Shown piece by piece: positions 1-11,660 of a stretch of DNA of 64,000 bases. A program made the translations under genes and the position numbers. The DNA is taken from positions 187,898 to 251,897 of the forward strand of contig RHPI01000385.1 of the NCBI GenBank assembly GCA_009103225.1, written 5' to 3'. Position 1 is the stretch's first letter. Every line of letters begins with the position of its first letter. This stretch comes from Chlorokybus atmophyticus. Lineage: Eukaryota; Plantae; Mesostigma and Chlorokybus algae. The notes under the pieces are model-generated. The model was not told where the DNA came from. It made no database searches and saw only the letters and a list, made by a program, of their open reading frames with translations.

Positions 1-199
1 GATCCGTTGTGAGTTTTTATTCGGGGGGGGGGGAGAGGGGGGTTGCGCAACGTAAGTTGTAGCAGCAACAGCAGGGCAGCATGGGTGAGACGCAATAGCC
101 GCCACCCGACCACACTCTACAAGGCAGCGCAATTGACTGAAGTTGCTGTCGATGGTGGAGTAACCATCACTCTGCTTTCACTTCGGCAAGGTCCTGAGA

Positions 200-1240
200 T
201 GGCCCACATGTAGGTGTAAGCTGCTGTGGATGTGTGCATGCATGTATGTGTGGCGTGTATATGCGTGTTCGTGTTCGTGTGTGTTGACACATGCATGAGC
301 GTGTGTGCATGTATGTGCTAGGTTATGTGTATATCGCGTGCGTGTGTGGCGTGCGGGTTGGCACCTGCATGTGTGTGCATGACGTTTTGTATATGTGGCG
401 CATGAGTGTGCGTGCGTGTATGTGCAGGCATGGGTGAGGCTGTGCATGTGTGGTGTGCATGTGCGTGTGTGTGTGCGCGTGCATGTGTGTGCGTGTTGGC
501 ACATGCACGTGCGTGGGTGTGTGCGTGCGTGTATGTGTGAGGCTGTGTGTTTATGGCATGCGCGTGCGTGCGTGCGTGCGTGTATGCTTGAGACTGCGTA
601 TGTGTGGCGTGCATGTGCCAACACGCACATGCGCACATGCGTGCGTGTGCGCATGCGTGTACATATGTGCATGCATGCGTGCGTGAGGCTGCGTGTATGC
701 AGCGTGCGTGAGTGGGAGTGTGTGCACTTGCATGTGCGTGTGTGTATGTGTGTGCATTCATACGTGCGTGCTTGCGTGCATGTGTGAGGCTGTGTGCGTG
801 TTGGCTCATGCGCGTACGAGTGCGTGCGTGTGCGTGCGTGCTTGTATGCGTGAGACTGCGTATGTGTGGCGTGCATGTGCGCGTGCGCATGCGTGTATGT
901 ATGTGCATGCGTGCGAGCATGAGGCTGCGTTTCTGTAGCGTGCGTGAGCGGGAGTGTGTGCACTTGCGTGTGCGTGTGTGTATGTGTGTGCATTCGTGCG
1001 TGCGTGCTTGCGTGTATGTGTGAGGCTGTGTGCGTGTTGGCTCATGCGCGTACAAGTGCGTGCACGTGTGCATGCGCATGCGTTCGCGTGTGCGTGTGTG
1101 TGAGGCTGCGTATGTGTGGCGTGCGCGTGCGTGCGTACGTGTGCGTGCGTACGTGTGCGTGCGTGCATGCGTGCGTGCGTACGCGTGCGTGCGTGCATGT
1201 GTGTGCGCGTATGTGTGTGCGTGTGCGAGTGTGCGGATGT
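200..1240. repeat. Degenerate alternating purine-pyrimidine (TG/CG/TGCG) satellite with a higher-order unit of about 240 bp
   Basis: Near-continuous GT/GC alternation. The block gtgaggctgtgtgcgtgttggctcatgcgcgtac recurs at about 783 and 1020. The His/Thr/Arg- and Val/Cys-rich ORFs in all frames are by-products of this repeat. Confidence 0.85.
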
Positions 1241-1720
1241 TGTCACATACCTCCCGCGCTCCACATGCCACTCTTGCAATGCTTGCGGATCTTCATGTGC
1301 TTCGTTGAAGCAATCACGGCAAAACCACATCTTCACGCCTTCTCTCACACTTGTGGCGGTGCGATACACGCATTGTGAGCAATGGTAGACGGTGTCATAG
1401 CGACATATGCAACATGTATGCCGCTTGCTGGCTCGTTGTTCCGCGGTCATTTCTTCTCCTTCTCATCATCGTTATGCTCTAAGCGCACACAATTGTGGTT
1501 CTGTGCACATATGCATAGGTCACGTTGCCACTCATAAACACCACCAGGTTTGAACACATCATGATTGACATGTGTGCATCAACTTGCGGTCTGTACCTTC
1601 ATGCCGCCTGCCACCAAAGCAATCAGATCTTCCAGCACTCTCACACCGGCGCGAGTTGGAAGTTTCAAAACTTCCGACTGATACTTGCGTCTGTGATGTT
1701 CAACAAGCAGAGGTTGTGTT
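1230..1720 (-). pseudogene. Degenerate ORF ending in a C2-C2-C2H Cys-rich zinc ribbon, resembling a piggyBac transposase C-terminal domain
   Basis: RHTCCICRYDTVYHCSQC...WFCRDCFNEAH fits the CxxC...CxxC...CxxCFxxH pattern. The upstream frame is broken by TGA stops and a frameshift near 1450. No DDD core is visible. Confidence 0.4.
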
Positions 1721-2152
1721 TGTTTCCCTCGCCCTCCACGCCCACCTCCACGCTCACCATCAGCAGATCTACCCCGTTTTTGGGTTGCCTTTCGCCCTCC
1801 ATGACCTCCACCTCCACCTCCACCTCCACCTCCACCTCCACCTCCACGACCACCACCACCACCACCACCCCCTCTAGCATTGCTGCCTCCACGTCCCCTC
1901 TTGGAAACCTCTGCTCTCGCCATGTTGTGCTAACTCACCCCTCCCACCGCCGCCCTTTCTCACCGCCGCCGCCGCCTCCGCCGCCCGCTAACTACCAGCA
2001 ATTTTGCGCTGGTGCAGACTGCACATGTTTTCCCGCCGCAAAAATGCGGCTCCTTTGCAAATTTTCGCATTTTNNNNNNNNNNNNNNNNNNNNNNNNNNN
2101 NNNNNNNNNNNNNNNNNNNNNNNNNNNNNNNNNTGTGGCGCGTTTGATGTCA

Positions 2153-2690
2153 CGATTGTCTTCTTCGCGCTAGCGGACAGGTGCGGCGATAGCAGTCCAA
2201 CTGCCTTGCCCGCGTGCGAGCAGCGTGCTGGTGGGGTAGCTACCACTGGCTGTGTCTTAAACAGACGGTGTCGGAAAGTTGATAGGCCAAACATCGTGCC
2301 ACAAAGGGACAGATTGGGTCTGAATGAGGAAGCTGCTCCTGGCACATTCTCAATCACAAACTTGACCTGGCAAGCAGCAGACGTCGGACGAGCGGTATCG
2401 CATCCTGGTGTCTCCAGGATGTGCCATGTGCCGCCCGTTGAGGTGCCGGGATAGCATCTGAATAGGCCTGGCATGGTGGACTGGCCCAGATGAGCTCGTA
2501 CTCGCTCAGCTCTCCTGCACTCAGGGTGCATACATCGCGGTGTATGAAGGGCAGCGGGTACTCAGAGGAGGGACTTATGTCCATCCCGGTCACGTCAAAG
2601 CCTGCGTGGTATAGACCGACACTGGCACCGCCACCGCCGCAGAATAGGTCGAGTGCCCTTGGTCTGCGTGTGCGTCCCAGCTTGTTGTCA
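2153..2690 (-). pseudogene. Bacterial/phage-type C5 cytosine DNA methyltransferase; intronless domain, one frameshift near 2360, 3' end lost in an N gap
   Basis: Motif I RALDLFCGGGGASVGL, motif II DVTGMDISP, YPLPFIHRD and motif IV IWASPPCQAYS lie in ORF 2354..2977. Motif VI FVIENVPGA and motif VIII LCGTMFGLSTFRHRLF lie in ORF 1992..2531. Confidence 0.85.
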
Positions 2691-3054
2691 AATGGCGTGT
2701 ATGTGGTCAAGGCTGGCCGGGGGGGGAGGAGCTGTGTGCAACGACATGTTGAGAGGGGGAGAGACAGAGAGGTGGCTGGGGTAAGCGAGAGGAGGTGAGA
2801 GAGGGCGAGGAGGGGGGAGGGAGGGGGGGGGGCTGTGCGCAACGACATGTTGAGAGAGAGGGGGAGAGAGCGAGAGAGAGCTGTTGTGCAAGGACATGTA
2901 TAGGGGTTGGGGGATGACATGCCCGCGCATGGGAATCGTATCTCATGGCTGTGCGCAGATTGACCACATGCTCTCAAGGGGACATCGCGTATGCTATTTA
3001 CACTTACAAGGTGGCACGTTTCTACTACATGTCAAGACCTCAACACACAACAAG

Positions 3055-6000
3055 TCAAGACTTACTGAACGAACTGGGTGCCGTCGGCAGCTGATAGCCT
3101 AAGTGCAAGTTGTCTAGGTTGATGTCCTTGTACGGACAGATCTTAGCGTGTTTGCCACCTTGGGCGGGCACTTCCTTGCCCGTAGCTGCTCGACACTTGA
3201 TGCACGTTTTGGTTCCGCCTTTGCCTCCTTGACGCGATTCTTTGGTCTTGCGCATGGGCTCGACGGAGGGGACGTGCGTGGGATGATATAAGGGTGTCGC
3301 TACCATGGGCGGCGCATGTGGATAAGGCGCATATTGATAAGGCGCGTGTGGATAAGGCGCCTGTAGATAAGGCGCATGTGGATAAGGCCAGCAGGCTGGG
3401 TGTACATGAGGGTTCGATGCATGCATGGCTTGCAATGGTCGCCAATAAGTTGTCGGAGCTGCCGCATTGTTGTTGATGCGTGGCTGCTGAGTTGTTGAGC
3501 TGGACAACAGAACCGGTTGAAGCACAGGCATAGTGGCTTCCGCTGTTCTAGGAGGGAGCGTTGTCCGATGCTCCGCCGCCGCCGCGGGTTGTGTCGATGA
3601 GGTAGTCCGTGTCTCTGGTGGAGGATGTGCTGACAAGCCTTGTGGTGTTGTAGCATTGGAGCGTACTGCCTGGTGCCCGTCCCCGCCAGCTCCAGGTGTC
3701 TCGACGTGAGCAGCCTGCATTGCCGTCACATGGATTTGCGTGGCAATAGTAGCCAGGTGTGCTTTCACAATCTGCTTTTCATACTCTTGCAGTAGTTCAG
3801 CTGTTTTTAGGTACAGCACTCCATCGTGCCCTATAGCCTGATGCGCGTGCGTACGCGCATTCCATTCATATGCCATCCGCTTGAAATCGGTAAACTTAGT
3901 TTTTGTAAATTCTCCATGTAATTCTTGGAACAAACGCTGCTCAGCTGGGGTGCGCACGGGTTGAACTAGCTCTAATGGTTTCAATGCACGCCGTGGTAGC
4001 TTACGATGCGGCGTTTTACGTTTGCCACACACCTGGGAGGTTGATGCAGTCACCGGCGTTGTGCTACGTGAAAAGTGCAGCTTGAGTTGGCGGCGTACGG
4101 CAACCACGCTCGACGCACTTGCTAGAGTAGCCGTCGATGGTAGTCGCGAAGCTGGGCTCAACTCCATAGCGTTGTGCGTGCGTGTGGCTCCTGGAGACGA
4201 CATCAGCATTGCAGGTTGCTGCTGCCATTCATTAGAGACACGCGTCGAACGTGACTGCTGAGGTACACGCGAGCGAAACGGAGACAGCGAAGCAACTTCA
4301 TGCGTCAACGCCTCAGTGTCCTCCAAGTTGTCATTGACCTCCGTGCGGCACGAAGCATCACCCCCGTTGCCGTCATGCGGCACTGGGCGTTGTCCATTTG
4401 CTTTGAGGGGGCTTGTTTGCATTGGGTTGCTCGGCGAAGGGTTTGACGCATGTTCATTCGCCGGTGATGCGTTGGCTTCTTCTTCTTCAAGACCATCATC
4501 GGCATCGTCATGAACAGTGGCTTCACCTTCACATGTTGGAAGCTCCGCATCATCGTCTTGGGCAAAGAAGGCCTCCTTCAATTCCATTGGCACGAAATCT
4601 AGACCAAATTTTTCTGTCGCATCATACCTTTCGTGAGCACGAGGACATACACATGGTGTTATCAACCCCTTGCTCAACTCACCTTCAGATATTCGCGGTG
4701 TGTCCTGGATCTGAAAAGGCACCTTCCAGCCATACCGCTTGTGGAGCTCGTTGATGTAATTTATGTCCTATCATGCGTCGCACAATCAGCCAGAACCAAC
4801 CACTATAAAAACAAGCATAATATCCCAAAGCACTCTACAACGTACCTGAAAGTCATACACGCCATAGAATGGCTCGCCTGCATTGCGCGTTGCTGAATTG
4901 ATGTTGTGGCGTGTGATGAAATCAGAAAAGAGCACGCTTGCTTTGGCCGCGCTGTTGTTGCTGCCTTGCAGCACGCGAGCCACTAACTTGTGGAAGCCCT
5001 CGAGGGCGTTGATGCCCCGCGCGCACAGCCAATGTGGCATGCAACCAGGTTTTGCAATGTTTGTGTACAGCTCGACCCCGGTAAGATCTGCAGCATGATC
5101 CCACATCACATGCAATACCAACACACTATAGACCAACGTATGTTGCATTGCATACCACTCAGCTTGCCGCATGCCACCTGACGGAGTGCTTGCTCGTGAC
5201 AGTTATCTAATTCTGCTGTCCAAATGATGTTGCCTGTGTCGATGTCGACACGCTCGCGCCATTTATCAGCGAATTGCTGCAAAGTAGCATGAACCTCATT
5301 GCATTGTCCAATGCGCCGAGGCAGTTTGGTGCGCCGCGTTCCCAACTGCTCGTCAACTTTTTGTTGGCTCCAACCCTGATAAGTACGACATTGCATAAGT
5401 ATACGGTCTGTGCGTGTTGGCTCATGTGCGTGCGTGCGTGTCAGCAATACTGAGTTCGCGGACATGTCATCCCCCCCTCCCACCCTCCGGCCACGAGCCA
5501 GCTCCATTTCACCACTACCTCTCCCCTCTCAACATGCCGTTGCCCCCCCCCNGCGTGCGTATGAATGTATGTGGTGTGCGTGTGTGACAATGTGTATCAC
5601 TTACCAACGAAACAAGATGTTGCTTGGCTTGAAACAACGCCTTGTCGTCGGATGTGTAGATTGCCGCGGACAACTCTTTCGCAAAGCGATCTAAATACAG
5701 CCACAACACAAGTGATTATTGCCATATGCATAAACTCAGATCATATTGCGTTGACAATGATTATATGCATGCTTAGCGGCCTCAACTCAATAACCTTTTA
5801 ATGTGGAGGAGTCTGGAATGCAACGCAAGTAGCGCTGCATTAAGTGAAAGGCGTCTTGTAACACCATGTCCTTGTTCACTTGAAAGGCATCCGCCAATGC
5901 CGTGTCCATGCCCAAAGCATTGTCGCAATAAATGGCCTGTAAAGTCTGCAACGACAACATATTGCTACTCACAAGTAGATGTTTTAAGCCTCACAGTAAC

Positions 6001-8329
6001 ATAGGTACAAACCTCCGCAAGCTTGCGCCCGCCACCGACATCGCGCTCAGCTACTTTGCGCAACTCGTGTGAAACGGCATGAAGCGACGTGTTTGGGACG
6101 AAGTAATATGTCACGACTTGCTTTCTTTCATTGTATATCGTCAATAATGCTTCCGCCACCTAGAGCACAATGTAACAGCATGAGAGTGATGTACCGTTAT
6201 GATTAATAAGAATGAACCATAAATCAGCATTGGCATGCGTGTCGATGTGTATAAGTGCGAGTGTGTGCGCGTGTGCATGTGCACGTGCACGCGCATACAT
6301 TACTATATGTGCGCGAGTTCATGCTCGAACGGTTGACACGTATTGCCACATGTGCAAGCATGTAGAGTATGCTTGCGCGTGCGTGTGTACACGTGCGTGA
6401 TTGCGTGTACACAGTGCACGTGTGCACTTGCGCACCTTGCGTTTGTCTTTGCGGATTTGCTTGAGAATTTTGAACGAATGGTCAATGGCGATGATGCGAC
6501 CAACGGACAGGCTCAACCGCCGGTTCTGCTCTTGCATACGCTTTTCTCCTTCGCGCATGTACAGGTCGGAGAAGTAGGCATCTCCAGGCACATATCCTAT
6601 AGAGATATCAATGTTCAATTCCGCAACCACGATGATGAGCAACAACTTACACTGCATGCATGCATGCAATCGCACTTACCAGAGTAGCCGTCTTTGTCAC
6701 AGAAGTCGCCAAAGTCTGGTATCGCGGCAGCCGCTGCTTGTGAGACACCTAGCATCCCTAGCAATCTCGTCTTTGGAATCTTCTGCGCATGGTCTTCAAC
6801 AAATGCCGCCGTGAAGAGCTTACGTGTAACGGGATGGTACATCAAATTACCACAAATCGACCATAAAAGCACCAAGTCTTTTGTGGTCGAGTGGGCTGTG
6901 ACATTGGTCATCGGAGCTTGAGACCCGGGTTCGATTCCTGCCTTGCACACGAATTCCGCGGTCGTTGTTTCTCGATCCAATAATCGTAAATGGTCACTTT
7001 ATGAGTGCCATCATCGATGGGTCGACTTGCCTAATGGAAGTCGCGCCGAAGTGACCTGACCAGTTTAGTCGGCGCGGCAGGGCGCGACCTGCCTATCGCG
7101 GCGACGCGACCTGTGGGGCCGGCAGCGGAGCGCTATGCGCGCGTTGACCGGCATGGGCCTAAATTGGCCGGTCCTTGGGTGGTGGGGCCGGTGACCGACC
7201 CTAACAAACCCCTTGGGTAATTCTCCAGCTGACCGGGCAGCTGCCGAGGACGTCAGCGTTCTTAAGTGGGGGGGAATGTAACGGGAAGGTACATCAAATT
7301 ACCACAAATCGACCATAAAAGCACCAAGTCTTTTGTGGTCGAGTGGGCTGTGACATTACGCGTGCTAATGTAGCGATGATGATGTAACTCCTGGGATAGG
7401 CGCACAAAGAGACTCAGTCAATACGTGTGATTGCGCATGCGTCGCAATATTTGTGTTCACGCATTCCGACATGCTCAAGGTAGTTCAAACTACCTTGAGC
7501 ATGTCGGAAAAGTCCATGAAACTCTGATTGTTCACCACGTTGCGCCGCAACATGATCTCGATGGCCTTCTCGACACCATGCCGTTGCGTGAGCACGTAGG
7601 GGAAGGCCTCTTGCACGCTTACAGGGAGCTGCGCCATGATCTTGGCATCATAACCAGCAAATGTATGCCCGGTACCATCTAGTATCAACCATAGCGTGGA
7701 GACACGCAATGTTAGAGTGCGAAAGGTCATCTCGCATAACAAGCTTGATGACGTTCAATACTGAGTGTACTGACATAATACCTTTGCAGCTTTTGCACTT
7801 GTAGTCATAACTGTACAGCCAACAAGTCGCGGACAATGTGGTAACCGGCCGCACACTCCCACGCCAACTATCACTGTACAGGGGCTTGTCACAGTACGGG
7901 CATGGAATCTTCTGCACCTTGTCCGAGAAGAAGATGTGCGGCGCCCAAAATGTCACATAAGTCACCGTTAATATGAGCGCGGTACATCACAAGTGTTGCA
8001 TGCAACTGTCACATGTTTATACCATTGTCCCGCGCGGAATCTGATATGCGCACAACTTGAGTGCGCCCAACATCAAGCCTGAGGGGACTGGTAATGTGAA
8101 ATCAGGCCATACATCTATGTCAACCGGTGGGCATGCCCACTCCCCTTTATCGGCCTGCCAAGTTGCTTGTGGCAATAAAGGCTTTATGCCACGCTTCTCT
8201 TCTTCCACCGTGACCGTCTTGCGCGTGCGCCAAAGACACCAATTCAACACGTACTTCTCCGCGGCTGAGGCTTCCTTTAATGAAGCGCCTGTAGCGATTA
8301 ATGATACACGTGTGTGTGTGTGTGTGTGC

Positions 8330-8367
<38 letters not shown>

Positions 8368-8450
8368 ATCATTGCGAGTTGGACATTCGTATTCTCTTGG
8401 ATGCACCGCCAGCGTCTTGCGCGAAAGCTTGGGCATGGTGACCTGCATGA
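3055..8450 (-). mobile_element. Spliced (about 11 exons) DUF6729-like DDE transposase gene, interrupted by a TRIM
   Basis: Exons joined by GT-AG introns give FWAPHIF..CPYCDKPL..YKCKSCK, FPYVLTQRHG, FGDFCDKDGYSGYVPGDAY, IAIDHSFK (D), IYNERKQV, IYCDN (D), LQDAFHLMQRY (DxxH) and CARGINALEGFH (E), then a long last exon ending in CIKC...H...CPY. The 5' end probably extends across the gap to about 9780. Confidence 0.75.
6825..7355 (+). mobile_element. TRIM 1 (terminal-repeat retrotransposon in miniature), 531 bp
   Basis: 79-bp LTRs at 6825-6903 and 7277-7355 (TGTAAC...GTGACA, one mismatch). 5-bp TSD TTACG at 6820-6824 and 7356-7360. PBS-like TTGGTCATCGGAGC follows the 5' LTR and PPT GTGGGGGGGGAA precedes the 3' LTR. 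Removing it restores the transposase frame RYISTRKLFTAAF. Confidence 0.92.
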
Positions 8451-9859
8451 GTTCANNNNNNNNNNNNNNNNNNNNNNNNNNNNNNNNNNNNNNNNNNNNN
8501 NNNNNNNNNNNNNNNNNNNNNNNNNNNNNNNNNNNNNNNNNNNNNNNNNNNNNNNNNNNNNNNNNNNNNNNNNNNNNNNNNNNNNNNNNNNNNNNNNNNN
8601 NNNNNNNNNNNNNNNNNNNNNNNNNNNNNNNNNNNNNNNNNNNNNNNNNNNNNNNNNNNNNNNNNNNNNNNNNNNNNNNNNNNNNNNNNNNNNNNNNNNN
8701 NNNNNNNNNNNNNNNNNNNNNNNNNNNNNNNNNNNNNNNNNNNNNNNNNNNNNNNNNNNNNNNNNNNNNNNNNNNNNNNNNNNNNNNNNNNNNNNNNNNN
8801 NNNNNNNNNNNNNNNNNNNNNNNNNNNNNNNNNNNNNNNNNNNNNNNNNNNNNNNNNNNNNNNNNNNNNNNNNNNNNNNNNNNNNNNNNNNNNNNNNNNN
8901 NNNNNNNNNNNNNNNNNNNNNNNNNNNNNNNNNNNNNNNNNNNNNNNNNNNNNNNNNNNNNNNNNNNNNNNNNNNNNNNNNNNNNNNNNNNNNNNNNNNN
9001 NNNNNNNNNNNNNNNNNNNNNNNNNNNNNNNNNNNNNNNNNNNNNNNNNNNNNNNNNNNNNNNNNNNNNNNNNNNNNNNNNNNNNNNNNNNNNNNNNNNN
9101 NNNNNNNNNNNNNNNNNNNNNNNNNNNNNNNNNNNNNNNNNNNNNNNNNNNNNNNNNNNNNNNNNNNNNNNNNNNNNNNNNNNNNNNNNNNNNNNNNNNN
9201 NNNNNNNNNNNNNNNNNNNNNNNNNNNNNNNNNNNNNNNNNNNNNNNNNNNNNNNNNNNNNNNNNNNNNNNNNNNNNNNNNNNNNNNNNNNNNNNNNNNN
9301 NNNNNNNNNNNNNNNNNNNNNNNNNNNNNNNNNNNNNNNNNNNNNNNNNNNNNNNNNNNNNNNNNNNNNNNNNNNNNNNNNNNNNNNNNNNNNNNNNNNN
9401 NNNNNNNNNNNCGACGCTGACGCCATTAACGTCGGCGGCCACGCCCGTTGCAACGGCGCTGGGGCGGTGATCTGGGCGGGCGGGAAGGCGGCGAGCTCCT
9501 TGCCGCCTCCGCCCGGCAAGCAGCGGAGAGAGGGCGGCGGAGGGCAGGGTGGTGTGGGCGAAGCGGAGAGGGCAGGGTGGCGTGGGCGAACCGGAAGGTT
9601 GCGAGCTTCTCGCCGCCTGCTCCCTACAGGCAGCGGAGAGACGGCTGCGCTGGGCAGGGTGGTGTGGGCCGGCGAGAGAGGGCGATGGGTGACTGGCGGT
9701 GCGTGGGGCGCGAGCGAAGCAGATGCTTTGTCGTTTGAGGGTTACTTTGCCATAAGTGTTCAATTGTTGGCTTGTTAGCAGTCGCTGCAGTTGCAGGGGG
9801 TGTTCTGTGCCTAGGCTTGTTTATTTATTGAATGGCTTACAAGACTGCAAGAGTGTGTA

Positions 9860-10625
9860 TAGAACGGGCTGACAGTGGCAGGGTTGTTGTGTGTGTAGGC
9901 GTACACATACACGCACATTACATGTAGCAACTGTAAGAGTGTGACTGGCGAACAATTGCAGTGTTTGTTTTAAGTGCATGCGTGCACACGCATGCAAGCG
10001 TACACACACACTATATGCACGCAGCAGCTGTACCAGTGTATGCGTGTGTACTTGACTGACGCACACTGCATGCAGCAACTGTAAGAGTGGAGATTGCAGT
10101 GTTTGTTTTAAGTGCATGCGTGCGCACGCATGCAAGCGTACACACACACACTATATGCACGCAGCAGCTGTACCAGTGTATGCGTGTGTACTTGACTGCG
10201 CACGCACACTGCATGCAGCAACTGTAAGAGTGTGTGACTGGGGAACAATTGCAGTGTTTGTTATAAGTGTAGGCGTGCACAAGCATGCATGCGTACACTC
10301 ACACACACAATGCACGCAGCAGCTGAACCGGTGTACTCGTGTGTACTTGACTGGCAATAGTTGCAAGGTTTGTTGTATGTGTAGGCGTGCACATGCACGC
10401 GCACACACACGCACAGTGCACGCAGCAGCTGTACAAGAGTAAGGGTGTACATGACTGGTAATAGTTGCAGGGTTTGTTGTATGTGTAGGCACATGCTTGT
10501 TTTGTTCAAGTGTAGGCGTGCACATGCACGTGCACACATACGCACAGTGCACGCAGCAGCTGTACAAGTCTAAGTGTGTACATGACCGGCGACAGTTGCA
10601 GGGTTTGTTGTATGTGTAGGCACAC
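9860..10625. repeat. Degenerate tandem minisatellite, units of about 110-190 bp
   Basis: Recurrent blocks gcaactgtaagagtg, ttgcagtgtttgtttt and tgcacgcagcagctgtac(c/a)ag, with about 5-6 copies of the last. Confidence 0.8.
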
Positions 10626-10931
10626 GCATGCAATCACATCCATGCACGCACACAGCATGCCACACACATTCACGCGTACACCAGCAGGCACCAAGGGGTG
10701 CTGTGGACGTGCACACGTACACGTGAGACATTGGTGGGAATGGGTGGGTGTTACTTATTGTGTGGGTTGGGTTGGCAACGGTGCAATGCGCATGTGTGGG
10801 CTTGCTTAGCACTCGCTCATTGCTGCCATGCTGCCTGTTTGTGGTGTGACACGTATGCTATGCTGTGCATACATTGATTGACATGCCCGATACATGTACT
10901 CTGTCTACACACACGAAGTGCACGCAGCAGC

Positions 10932-11512
10932 TGTGACGCCTGCCACTCACTTACTCGGGTAAGCAGCAGACTTCAAGACTGAACAGCAGCACTTACGAAA
11001 GTGCTGCACACAACCACACCCCACACGGGATGGAGGAGGGCCCCTTAAACAATCAGGCTAGGCACCCCACACCTAGGTGTAGAGTCCCCAAGGTCTGATG
11101 CCTCAACACACGTTAAGCCAGCCTTATTTACTCTCACTGCTGCCCTCACGACCTAGCACAGCAACGGCTGAGGCTAGCTTGCCTCGTCACTGCTGCGTTG
11201 ACCATGCTGAGGTGTAAGGATGTCCATCCATCCTTACACCTCGGAACCTGCTCCATGGCAGCCTCAAGCATGCGTGACAATGTCACATCTATGTGACCAT
11301 GTCACATCGGCATCGAGCAGCTCTGTGCAAGCCCACTCATGCCTTGTGTAGTTTATCATACCCAAGGCCACATGGGCTCAAGGGTAGGCTGTACTGCATG
11401 AACGAACTCTACAAGCACTACACATGCTTATGAAGCCAAATCATCACACAGCCTGACTTACTACCATAAGTAAGTAATTCAGGGTGATACGCCCTGCCCT
11501 GTAGGCGTGACA
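10932..11512. mobile_element. Solo LTR, 581 bp
   Basis: Termini TGTGACGCC...GGCGTGACA (8/9 inverted match), flanked by 5-bp TSD GCAGC at 10927-10931 and 11513-11517. Confidence 0.8.
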
Positions 11513-11660
11513 GCAGCTTCAAGAGTGGGTCAATGACTGGCGTCAAGGATTTTGCATGTGCAACTGTTGTGTATTATGTATACACATGTGTGCAGGTGAT
11601 TACTACTATGCTTGCTTGCATGACCAACGGGGTGGTAGTCATAGTGTAGGTGGTAGTCAT

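Noticed and set aside
178-1388. Many overlapping His/Thr/Arg- and Val/Cys-rich ORFs
   Set aside because: They are translations of a TG/CG microsatellite in all six frames.
6915-6950. tRNA gene
   Set aside because: Only a T-arm-like fragment is present, with no D-arm, anticodon arm or acceptor stem. It lies inside a TRIM.
8017-9778. Long ORFs of 339-573 aa spanning 8456-9411
   Set aside because: They are open only because they run through about 950 Ns.
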